This document shows positions 52,411-64,000 of a DNA stretch of 64,000 nucleotides, in pieces (positions within the stretch are counted from its first letter, which is position 1; the number at the start of each line of letters is the position of its first letter). This stretch comes from Eledone cirrhosa (Eukaryota), in NCBI GenBank assembly GCA_964016885.1, contig OZ024742.1, forward strand, positions 220,844,001 through 220,908,000, written 5' to 3'. A model generated the notes under the pieces. The model had not been told where the DNA came from, searched no databases, and was given only the letters and a program-made list of their open reading frames with translations. A program made the position numbers and the translations under genes.

Positions 52411-53287
52411 AGTGGATCACCCTGCCCATCACATCATGTCTCCAGCCCTTATAGTGGGTCTGGGCTAGGTGTTTACACTCGGATACAATGTGAACCACAG
52501 TCTCCTCTCTCTCTCTCCACAGATCCTGCACAGTGGGCTAGCCTCCTCCTTGTAAATATGGTGTTTCAACCACTTCGTTTTGAGGGCCTGCTCCTGCGCA
52601 GCCATTAACATTCCTTCTATAGCCTTTTTAAGGTCTCCTCTTTTCAACCAGTTCCATGTCTGCGGATCTCTAAATTCAGTTTTCTCAAAGAAGGTACTAT
52701 GAAGGGATTTTTCCTGAAAGCTGCTCTTTCTCCTTGATGTTATTTCCTCCTTGGACATCGCCTGGCCTATTGTCCCCTCCTTCAGTACAGTTCTGAGCAT
52801 TGGCTCCTTACTATCAGTCACGTATTTGTGCAGGTGTTTTTCTCCATCTGAACACAGTCCTCTATGCTGATAAGACCTCTTCCACCTTCAGATCTCCTTA
52901 AGTAGAGTCTATCGACATCACTCCTCTTGTGGAACATGTTGTAGATAGTCAATAGCTTCCTAGTCTTCCTATCCATTTCTTTTTGTTCAGCAACATTCCA
53001 TCTCAGAATTCCCGCACTGTACCTAATAATAGACACAGCTCGGGAATGTACTGCACTTATGGCATTCCTACTGTTCAGATGTGACTTTAATACGCTCCTT
53101 ACTCTCCGAATGTATTCAGTTCTTATCAATTCCTTCATTTTTTTGTTCTTGATGTCATCAGCCTCCAGAACGCCCAAATACTTGTATCCTTCTTCAGAGT
53201 CAATTTCCTTTATCATCTCACCTGTTGGTACCTGGATTCCGTTACTTCTGCTCAACTTACCCCTCCTCATCACAATGACTCCACACA
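52411..53287 (-). mobile_element. Truncated second copy of the Dong/R4 element
   Basis: Highly similar to 53851-54726; begins directly after the (TAA)n tail of the long copy. Confidence 0.9.
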
Positions 53288-53310
53288 TATTATTATTATT
53301 ATTATTATTA

Positions 53311-56300
53311 CCGTTGTTATTCCTTGAATCTCCGTCATTGATGTTGGTTAACTGGAAAGTCCGTTGGAAAGAATATCAAGCCACTACCTGCAGCCTCAGA
53401 TATTCAGGACGTATCGGAGGGTTCTTGCTGTTCCAAGCAAGCATGCCTTTTGAAGCGTTCCAAAAAGCGTGAAGGGGCCGATTTTCTGTAACCATCCCTG
53501 GAAACTTTTGGAGATAGTCCCCAGTGCGCCTATGACAATCGGGATCACTTTGACTTCATGGCAGTTCCAAATCCTTTTCACCTCCCACTTTAGGTCCTGG
53601 TATTGGTTAATTTTCTCCCTCTCCTTCTCTTGCACTCTCGTGTCGAATGGGCAGGCCACATCCACAATCAGACACGATCTTTTTTCTTTGTCCACAACCA
53701 CCAGGTCAGGTCTATTGTGTTCCAGTTTTTTGTCCGTCTGTATTCTAAAATCCCACAGCACCTTCACCTGATTGTTCTCCATCACCGCCTCTGGCCTATG
53801 CTCATACCATTTCTCAGAATGTGGTAAATTGTTTACTTTGCACAGGTGCCAGTGGATCACCCTGCCCATCACATCGTGTCTCCAGCCCTTATAGTGGGTC
53901 TGGGCTAGGTGTTTACACTCGGACACAATGTGAGCCACAGTCTCCTCTCTCTCTCCACAGATCCTGCACAGTGGGCTAGCCTCCTCCTTGTAAATATGGT
54001 GCTTCAACCACTTCGTTTTGAGGGCCTGCTCCTGCGCAGCCATTAACATTCCTTCTGTAGCCTTTTTGAGGTCTCCTCTTCTCAACCAGTTCCATGTCTG
54101 TGGATCTCTAAATTCAGTTTTCTCAAAGAAGGTACTATGAAGGGATTTTCCCTTAAGGCTGCTCTTCCTCCTTGATGTTATTTCCTCCTTGGACATCCCC
54201 TGGCCTATTGTCCCCTCCTTCAGTACAGTTCTGAGCATTGGCTCCTTACTATAGGTCACGTATTTGTATAGGTTGTTTTTCTCCATCTGAACACAGTCAT
54301 CTATGCTGATAAGACCTCTTCCACCCTCAGATCTCCTTAGGTAGAGTCTATCGACATCACTCCTCTTGTGGAACATGTTGTAGATAGTCAATAGCTTCCT
54401 AGTCTTCCTATCCATTTCTTTTTGTTCAGCAACATTCCATCTCAGAATTCCCGCACTGTACCTAATAATAGACACAGCTCGGGAATTTACTGCGCTTATG
54501 GCATTTCTGCTGTTCAGATGTGACTTCAATACGCTCCTTACTCTCCGAATGTATTCAGTTCTTAACAATTCCTTCATTTTTTTGTTCTTTATGCCATCAG
54601 CCTCCAGAACGCCCAAATACTTGTATCCTTCCTCAGAGTCAATTTCCTTTATCATCTCACCTGTTGGTATCTGGATCCCGTTACTTCTGCTCAACCTACC
54701 CCTCCTCATCACAATGACTCCACATTTACTAATACCAAACTGCATACATATATCACTGCTGAAAATACGGACAGTGTCAACAAGCACATCCAACTCCTTC
54801 TCACTTTTCCCGAAGAGCTTAAGATCGTCCATGAAGAGGAGGTGATTGATGGTAAGCTCTCCCTTTCCCAACTTGTATCCTGCTCTCACTTTTCGCAGCA
54901 TAATGGTTAGGGGCATCAGGGCAAGGACAAACAACAGAGGGGACAGGCTATCTCCCTGGAAGATACCTCTCTTGATCTTCACGCTTCCCAAGGATACTCC
55001 AGTTGATGGGAACTCTGTCTCCCAGGACCCCATACTCCTGCCCAGAAACTGTCTGATGTTATCTGCCACCCTGAAGATCTCCAGGCTTTTGGTGATCCAA
55101 GAATGAGGCACCATGTCAAATGCCTTTCTGTAGTCTATCCATCCCATGGCAAGATCAGTGTGTCTCCTCCTGCAATTCCCCATTACCATCTTATCAATAA
55201 GCAACTGGTCCTTTGTACCACGTGACTTCTTTCGGCATCCTTTCTGTTCGTCTGGTAACAAGTTGTTTGTGTGGAGGTGATGGTAGATTTCCTCAGACAC
55301 AATGCTCGTCAACAGTTTCCACATTACGGACAGACATGTGATAGGTCTATAGTTGGTAACATCATTACCCTTGATTCGGTCTTTCATTATCAGAACTGTG
55401 GTACCTTTTGTCAACCACTCTGGCACCTCACCCGACACCAAGCAGTCATTGAACATGGCCGTCAGCTTCGGGTGGAGGGATGTTAAATTTTTAATCCAAT
55501 ACCCCTGCACACCATCTGGGCCTGGTGATTTCCAGTTGGTTAGTTTTTTGGCCTGCCCCTTAAGAGTTTCAACTGTGATACTCAAATCAGTTTGTTGGGG
55601 TGCCTGCTCACCGATCTCCCTCTGTACTGTCTCAATCCACCCTGCCTGGACATTATGTCTAACATCCTGCTCCCATATTCCTCTCCAGAATGTTTTAGTT
55701 TGCTCCGCCCCAGGGATCAAGTCGTTGCCTCTTTCTTTCCCCTCAAGCTGTCCAAACAGCATCTTCTGGTTGTTGTCGAACATGCGGTTCTGTTTATACT
55801 GACTGACTCTGTTCTCGTATCGCCTGATTTTTGCACTCTTTGCTACAATGCGTTGCTTCAGTTCCTCTATGATAATATTTAGCTTTTTCCTCCTAGTTTT
55901 GTACTTTATTTCCAGTCTATATTTAGTGCCTATGTTTTTTAGTGTCCCATTCAGTAGTGACTCAAGCTTTCCTATGTCATTTCTCATTTCCCCGATTTGA
56001 CCACTCAGTCGTTTCTTCCACCACGGCTCTTCTCTTTCTTGTCTGTTGTTTCCTCTCGCTTTTATACCAAGTAGTTTCCTCACCGTATTTGCTGTTGCTT
56101 TGAGGATATTGTTGCACTGGTGAAGGCTCCTCGCCTCAAGGTATGGGATGACTTTGTTTACCTTAGCTGTTGTTTCTTTTAACTTTTTCCTGTCTACAAA
56201 TCTTAGGTTCATAGGTCTCCCACTATCATTGTTCAATTCATCTACCACTAAATTTAGGATGTCAACCGAATCTTGTCCTAGCCCGTCAGCATTCATCTCC

Positions 56301-57862
56301 TCAGTGGCCGTATCTCTGTTCCAGGTATTATTTATCTCAGTATTCAGATCATTGTCTGCTTCGGGTGGTTCCTCCATTCTCAGGACCTCTTCACCTTCAT
56401 TTCCCACTGGCTCGCTTGTCTGGCATACTACACCCGCCATCTCCAAGCCATTCTCTCTGCTCAGTTCCTCCAGTTCCAGCTCGCTTATCCACCCATTAGT
56501 TCTTATTACCCCGATCCTGCCCGGCCAATTTTTGTTCATCTAATTTAAATAGACCAATCTCGTTCCAGATGTTATGCATCCGTCTCCTGTAGCCCCTCTC
56601 CTTGGGGTTACTTTTCAGGTAACATTGCATAACAGTTCTATTCAATTCTTTCGTCCAGTTGGTTCTGGCCCCTTTCCTTCTTCTTCTTCCTCCAACATCA
56701 GCAGTATTTGGTTGACAGTCAGGTTCCTGCTGCTGAGCCAAGGGGCACCTGTTGGGTGAGAGTCTGTCACATGACGTTCTAGTCTCCATTTCACCGTTAT
56801 TCGAACTGTTTATGTTCGATATTTAAACACTCTTATCGAGGATTGGCGAATGTATGGTTACATAGCCATCTGTGGATTCGCCGTTCCACTTGGCCCTTGT
56901 GTGGCATTATCACCACGCTGTATACGAACACACATAAACAAACAAACACACAGGCAGAAAGGGCCCCAAAAATGAATAAGCATAAGTTTCATTGTAATGT
57001 AGTGTTCGAATGTCTGACTTAGTTTTTGTTTTTTTAGTTTTAGTTTTTCCCCCCTCTTCTCTGTCCGTCCGCCTGCTTCTCTCTTCATTCTTATTTTCTT
57101 TACGTTTTTTGTTTTTTTTTGTTTTTGTTTTTCTCTGTTTGTTTTTCTCGTTTTTTGCTGTTGTTGCTGTGCTGCTTTGGTTTTGTTGTTTGTTTTTTCT
57201 TTTTTCTTTTGAGTCTATCTATATATTTTGATGCCTTCCTCTTTTTTAGTAGTAGGAATTCTATAATGTGGTGGCAGCAGCCAGCTGGTAGAAGTGGAGG
57301 ACTGGCGGCGGTAGCGATACTGAGACAGTGGTGGTGGTGATGTCGATACCGAGGCAGTGGTGGTGGTGATGTGATCGTATTACCGTAGTGATGGTGTTGT
57401 AGCGGTGGTAGCAGTGAAGGAGTGAATGAGTGGTGGCGGCGGTGATGGGATAGTGGTGGTAATGATGGCAGTAGTGAGCGGTGGTGGTGAAATTGCCGTT
57501 ATCTGGCTGTTGTGTTTAGTGTACACAGATGATGAGGTGGGTGGTGTATCTAGTTTCTGGTGTTGGTGAGTTTGGCTGTTCTATATAGTGTAGACAGAGG
57601 AGAGGATGGGGGGGGGGTCTTCTTCCATTTATAGCCATTTTCTTTTTTGGATATACAGTGTACAATACAAAGTTGAATATTTGAATATTTGAGCCTTATA
57701 ACAATATATTTTGGGTCCGAATTTTTGGGGGCTCAAGCCGGGTGCTTTACGTAGCATTTGTACTAAGAGTTGTTATTTCACAAATGATTTAAATATGTTA
57801 AAAAATTCAAAACTTACGGGAGCGATTTCATGACCTCCGCCACCGCGTGCGTCTTCTTCCCT
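53311..57862 (-). mobile_element. Near full-length R4/Dong-clade non-LTR retrotransposon flanked by (TAA)n
   Basis: Single ORF with RT (WKSPGPDG, YRPITCL, IDYRKAFD, GIFQGDSLSP, FMDDLKL), CRIC...HIVSEC, RHD, RPD...VDVACP...EK..QY RLE. (tta)n at both ends. Confidence 0.92.
53396..56789 (-). CDS. R4/Dong RT-RLE polyprotein (one frameshift near 56530)
   Basis: ORFs 56496-56789 (WTKELNRTVMQCY...EQKLAGQ) and 53396-56539 form one protein if a single frameshift is corrected. Confidence 0.85.
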
Positions 57863-58094
57863 ATTATTATTATTATTATTGAATGCTATGGTTGACGGAA
57901 GCTCGGCTCTGTAAGGTACTGTAAATTTTGGACGCTATAACAATTGTAAATTGTTTATAACTTAGACCAACTTGTAGACAAAAACACCCTCCTCCTCGTG
58001 AGAGGGGTCTTTCTGCCCGTTATTTGGCCCTTCGGGGTTAAATAACTGCTTATTGGGGTTTTGTACCCAATATTTATTTTAAGCAAAAAACAAC

Positions 58095-59818
58095 ATGGCT
58101 ACGAAAAAGAAATTTCATAGGTCACTCCCACTCATTCCGTCTTCTTCTTCCTCAATCATCACTACAGCAGAGAGAAGATTGTCTCTCTCCCTCCCTTCCT
58201 TAAATGTATCTCTCTCCCTCCCTTCTCTTTCGCAAGCGACGAAAGAAAAGAAAAGTCTCGTGCAAAGCGTGCAAGGTTTCTCCACGACGACGACGACAGC
58301 AACGAAACAGGTGTGCGGGAAATACGAAAACCCAGTTCATTCGTCTGACGTCAGGAATAATAGCAGTAGCAGCCGTAATAACAACAGCAACAGTGACAAT
58401 GAAAACAACAGTAGCAGCCGCAACAGCATCACCAGCAGCATAAACAACAACAGCATTAGCAGCAGCAACAACAAAAGTAACAGCAGCTCTGACGACGACA
58501 ACAACAACAGCAGCATAGAAAAACCAATCTCATTTGCAGGTATTGCGAAAAACTTGGAAACAATCCTCATAACAAATGAGGAATTAGAGGAAGCGAAGAA
58601 GATGGTGACAAAGAATGGACACCGAGCAATCTGCAAGGCAGCGGAAAATTTTTTCGAAACCCAACAGCACTGTACGGTCACGTACCGTACAGTAAGTACA
58701 AAATCCCGTAGGGTGGAAAGAGCCACAGAGGCTCAAATACAAAAAGCCTTGGGGTCTGTGTGGCAGCGGAAAACGCACATCACCCGAGGCAAAAAATATG
58801 CCACCGTAGACGTACTTTTTGCCACACCCCAGGAGGCAAAGGCCCAATCAGTAGTGACCCTAAGGAGCGAGGAAATGGTGTTGGTGCCCTCCTACTGCGG
58901 GCAAAAAATTGTGAGGGTCAAACTGACCCACGTCCCCCCCCCCCCCCCGGAATGGCCCCTTCTTGGCTGGCCGCGTCTGTCCTCGTCGGAATCGAGGACA
59001 AAACAATTGTACTGCAAGTACAGAAAAAAGTAAGAGAAGATTGGGTCGGCACCTCCATTGAGATGCTAATCCAAACCAACCAGGAGTGCATCGAAGCTAT
59101 CCCGGATGTGATAGACTTCGATAACGGCACTCAACTGCCCATAAGTGTTGAGGGCAAACGCCCGAAATGCCTTCGCTGTGGATCGAAGACTCACCTCAGG
59201 GCCTTCAGCAACGAGAAGACCCTGAGAAAGGAGAAAACCCCCCTCCTTCCGAATCCGGCTCCACGGCTACCAGCAACAGGACAAGCGGCAACCAGGAACG
59301 ATAGGTCCGTGGCACCCATACCCACGCCACGGAAATCAAAAACAGCAGCAGCAGTGGAAATATTAACAACAACAACAGCAATACCAAATGCAGCTGCAAC
59401 AGAGACTCCAGTGCAAACATCACCAACAACAACAAGTGAAAGAGTGGAGCTGGTACCCCTCCCCGACCTCACAGAATCAGACATGGAGTGTGAGGTGGGA
59501 GAGGGATGGCAAAAGGTCGTAAGAAGGCACAAACGCAGAAGCAGCGCATCGTCGCCTTTGAAAAGGGAGGAAAGAAATGAAAAAAGGGTAAAGTCTACTG
59601 CAAAGAGACCCACAGCAGCAACACCACCAACACCATCACCACCCACACTAGCACCACCATCACCACCGGCGACAACCCCACCGCCAACAACACCTTCAAC
59701 ACCACCACCACAAGCACCAACATCGCAAACACAACAACAAAACACACACACCCACCAACAACGACAAGAAAATAGCAGAACCACACCCACCCCCAGAAAA
59801 ACAAATGCACGGCAATAA
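58095..59818 (+). CDS. Tx1 ORF1 (frameshift in poly-C at ~58934-58948)
   Basis: Two overlapping ORFs joined at the C-run; zinc knuckle CLRCGSKTHL; Pro/Thr-rich tail. Confidence 0.75.
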
Positions 59819-60182
59819 ATACACACAACAAGAAACTAATGACTTACATAATTGAACACACAGACATTTCACAACAGAACTACATAATACCAGCACCAAT
59901 CAAAACGCCAACTAACATAAGACTGCTAAAAATAGCACAGAAACAATACACAAACATTAAAACGAAATTCCCCAACGCAGTTGGTGATTTCAGGGACCTA
60001 GGAGGAACCATCAATCGAAGAGTATATTCAGACATTCTCTTAGAAGAGCCGACGACCAGCCGAAGGGACGATTCAACGGTCCCTTCACCAGACGATCAAG
60101 TGAAAAGGGATGTAAAAACCATCCCTCCTCTACCAAAAGTACGGTAAGTGGTCTTTCCCATCTTTTCCACTCTATTTTAAAC

Positions 60183-63100
60183 ATGACCTCACTCAGAATA
60201 GGCAGCATAAATGCGCGTGGCTTGGGGTCGTCATGGAAGCAGGGTCACCTGCTCAACGACCTCAGGTCACTAAACATAGATGTAGTGGCCATCAGCGAGA
60301 CCAGAATCTCCGAAGCACGGGCCTTCGCACCGATCTTCGGCGGCTACGATGTGTACGCATCTCCCAGCCGTCCTGGATCGGGTGGAGGAGTTGCTGTGCT
60401 TTTTCGGAGAGGTTTGGATCTCGCCATACGGGCCATCTTCCTGGACCCAGAGGGTAAGCTGGTGGTGCTGGACGTGACCAGCGGAGACGGGCAAGCTTTC
60501 AGGCTAGTGGCCGTCTATGCCCCGACAGGAGCAGGGCGGCCTGATTTCTTCCGGCGTCTGGAGACCTTTCTTGGAACGTCCCGCTCTTTAGTGTTAGTGG
60601 GCGACTGGAACGGGATCTTAGATGCACGCTGGGACTGTGTGGGATTAGCGGATAGGGGTGGAGGGTGCAAGAGCCTCACCAACCTGCTCAGGCGTTTTGA
60701 ACTGTCTGACAGGTACCGATTGGATTTCCCGAATGTGCCAATGTGGACTTGGACAAACCGCATAGGGTCATCCAGATCATATCTAGATAGAGTATTTTGT
60801 AGGGAAATAGATAGGTCTAGCATAGGCTGTCCACAATTCAAGATAGTCAGCTACACGGACCACAAATTCGTGATCTGTGTGTTTGACTTAGATAGGCTTC
60901 ATAGACGAGGACCCGGCTACTGGAAGCTAAACGCGTCCTTACCAGCGCGCAAGGACTACAGAGACCGGATTAGCGAACTAGTTAAGCGGGCGTTGACGGG
61001 GGCCATCGTCAACAACAAGTGGTGGTTTGCTCTGAAAAGAGCGATTAGAATAGAATCGATTAGGTTTAGTAAGGCTTTAGCAATAGAGAAAAATAGAGCA
61101 GAGGGAGAACTAGTTAGAAAATTAGACGAGGCGCTTAGCAAAGGCATTGCGACCGACGTTCTTGCGGCGAAATTGGCCCTTGACCAATTCTTCAATGCAA
61201 AGCACGAAGGCTGCGTTGTCAGAGCAAGGGTGCGTGCTCTCAGACACGAGGGGACGAAAGCCATTCAATGGGCCCGAGTGGCGGAGGCGCGTCGTGGCAA
61301 CAAAGCCACGATCCGGTCTTTGGTGGATCACGACGGGCGCATGCTACTCGATCCCGGGCAAATGTGTGAAGCTTTTCAGCGACACTTCGCTCAGCTGTTC
61401 GGGGGCAGCGGTGGGCCGGATCGAGGGATGGACTTTAGTGTCTACCTCGACGGACTGCCGCGGCTCTCGGCCACTGAGGCGAAGTGTTGCGAAAAGCCGA
61501 TAACAGCCGCTGAAGTAAGGGAGGCAATGACTGGCTGCACAAGGGGTAAATCGCCTGGTTTGGATGGTCTGCCCTATGAACTTTACGTACAGATGCCAGA
61601 CTTGTTCGGAGGCCTCTTGGCGGACGTCTACTGCAACTGGCAACAGAACGGGAGAATTCCCAGTTCTGTGAGCCGAGGAGCGGTGGCACTGCTGAGAAAG
61701 GATCCGAACAAGGGGGATAACATAGACAATTTCCGGCCCATAACTCTGCTAAACACAGAGTTCAAGATTTTGGCCAAGGTGCTAGCAAAGAGGTTGGCGC
61801 TTGTCGTTGGTGGTCTGGTGGGAGAGGCGCAGACATGCGCCATTCCCGACAGATCCATCCACGACAACCTCCACCTCATGCGATACATCATAGAGAGGGT
61901 AGCTAAGGAACCTGGCACGGGTGGGTCCTTGATCAATTTAGATCAGTCGAAAGCTTTCGATACGGTCGACCATCGTTACCTAGCGGCAGTCCTGAGGGCG
62001 GCTGGCTTTGGGCCCGTCTTCAGAGGCTGGATCGCTGCCATGCACAGCGACATCTGCTCTGTGGTGAGAGTGAACGGTCACCTGTCGGAACCGTTCAACA
62101 TCATGCGCTCGGTCCGCCAAGGATGTCCCCTCTCGTCCCTCTTGTACGTATTGACTCTCGAGCCATTACTGCACAAACTGGAGACGTTGAGGGGAGTCCC
62201 GCGCGAACTAGGATGCGGAAGATCCGTGTCAGCATATGCCGACGATGTCACCGTAGTGGTGTCGAACGCCAAACACATCGAGGCGATCGGCACTACACTA
62301 AGAGAATACGAAGCGGTGACAGGAGAAATGATCAACCAGGAAAAGTCAGTGGGCCTGCAGCTCGGCACCTGGAGAGGCAGGTCCATGCCGTCCAACAGCG
62401 TCGTCGGACGCTGGACGGAGGGACCGGTTAAATTGCTAGGGGTCTGGTTCGGTCCGGACCTCCAGACGGACAAAAACTGGGACGAGGTGACGAGCAGGGT
62501 GGCTTCTCTCACCCAGAAATGGGCGGAGAGGAAGCTATCCCTGAAAGGTCGAGCGGAGGTGGCTAACGCGTACATCGCGTCTGTCATCTGCTACCGCCTG
62601 ACCGTCGTACCTTGTCCTAAGCCTCGCCTGACTGCGCTGGAGCGTTTGCTCTTTCGCTTTTTGTGGAAGGGACGTGCTCCGATGGTCAGGCGGTTCATCT
62701 GTTGTCAACACCCGCTACGTGGAGGGCTGGGCATGCCGTGGCTGATGATGCGCAGGCACGCGCTCAGGCTACGACATCTCCACCTATTCCTCGACGGTGA
62801 TCAGGTGTGGTCGCCGTTTGCTAGGCGCGTATTTCCCCAGCTCGTTTCCTTGACGGAGCTGCAGTCCTGGGTCAAGCGAAGACCGAGAGGGAGCGCCTGG
62901 AGACTGGAATGTCTTCAGGCGCTCACAGCCCTCGACCAATCGGGCAATGTGATCGGTGGAAACTCCACCTCGGCATTCTATAGAGGATTAGTGGAGGGTA
63001 AGAGCGACGACGTACTTGGGGAAACTCTAGGCGTCGACGAAAATCAACTAGCCAATCTCTTCGGAAGAACTTTCGGGCCGGGGCCTATGGACAACTTCCA

Positions 63101-63602
63101 GAAATCTCTGGCCTGGCAGTGCTAGCGAGGAGCCTTGCCAGTTCGGGATAAACTCTACAGGCATGGAGGTGCCGTCAGCCGGGCATGTCCGAGATGCGCG
63201 CAGGGCGACGAAACCGTCCTGCACGCACTCGTCCAGTGTCCGAAAATTGCTGACTTGTGGGTTTATGTCGAACACCTGCTGTCGCGTTTAGGACGGATCC
63301 GGCTATCATCTGAGTCCATCGTGAGGATTGCCCCGCCCTCCTCCTTTAGCCGGGAAGGGCAGGCAGTTTTTATCTGTCTGGTGGCCATGGCGAAAGAGAT
63401 AGTATGGTGGACACGTTTGAAAGGGCTGAAGACGAGCACTTACCTCTTCGGTGATGCTCTGATTGACTTTTTCAAATTTCATTTGAAAAGGAAAATCAGA
63501 GTAGAGAGGGAAGTGCTCTCTTCCCAGCATTTTGTTGAAAGATGGGTGAGAGAAGCAAGAATGGCCCGAGTGAATGGGCCGACTCTGAGTATATATCTGT
63601 AA
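60183..63602 (+). CDS. Tx1 ORF2 APE endonuclease-reverse transcriptase (one in-frame TAG at 63123-63125)
   Basis: SINARGL, ISET, VYAP, GDWN, YLDR, TDH; KSPGLDGL, FRPITLLN, DQSKAFD, RQGCPLS, YADD; the frame continues to ACPRC...HALVQC. Other copies have TAC at the stop position. Confidence 0.92.
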
Positions 63603-63863
63603 ACTAAAGGTGGAAAACTGGGAGAGGGCACTTGCCTTGGTGGTCAGGGTCATTGTGGCTTTTTACTGGGCTTTCTCCACAAATGTCCCTCCGAAGTCTC
63701 CCCCCTATTGTGGAATTTTTCATTGTTATTTTCATTGTTATTTTTGTTACATCCTCTGTTTTTGTTTTTTTACACGCAGAAATGCCCATTTGTACCGTCC
63801 TGCATTGTCCTGCACTGTCCTTAATGTCTACTTTATGTAAACCCTTGTGGTTAATAAAGAAAA

Positions 63864-63915
<52 letters not shown>

Positions 63916-63916
<1 letters not shown>

Positions 63917-64000
63917 CTTGAATCTCAGTCATTGATGTTAGTTAACTGGAAAGTCCGTTGGAATGAATATCAAGCCACTACCTGCAGCCTCAGATATTCA
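63916..64000 (-). mobile_element. 3' end of another Dong/R4 copy
   Basis: Matches 53322-53406. Confidence 0.9.

Larger units (their letters stand above)
57881..63915 (+). mobile_element. Full-length Tx1-clade (L1 group) LINE flanked by (ATT)n
   Basis: 5' UTR, ORF1, APE-RT ORF2, 3' UTR with AATAAA, and (att)n on both sides. Confidence 0.93.

Noticed and set aside
63123-63125. Programmed readthrough of the TAG in Tx1 ORF2
   Set aside because: Other copies have TAC at this codon, so it is a simple nonsense mutation or sequencing error.

Overview
Eukaryotic, AT-rich, microsatellite-dense DNA, probably from an octopus or related mollusc (inferred from the tRNA-derived SINE and repeat content). 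Host coding sequence is a small cluster of chitin-binding (CBM14/peritrophin-A-like, 4-Cys variant) genes. One is a 5.9-kb exon with 31 domains in 945-bp units. The other is a spliced, secreted gene (44380-49075) that joins an apparently catalytically dead lysozyme/transglycosylase-like domain to 7 chitin-binding modules. A 5'-deleted duplicate of it lies within a ~10-13 kb tandem segmental duplication. The rest is retroelements: at least three Penelope-like families carrying hammerhead ribozyme motifs, a Gypsy element plus a solo LTR, CRE, RTE, CR1 and hAT relics, and a chain of Tx1 and Dong/R4 LINEs joined by (ATT/TAA)n tracts. Several fold-back inverted repeats flank the large chitin-binding exon. 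All family assignments are from motif recognition by eye; no database search was run.
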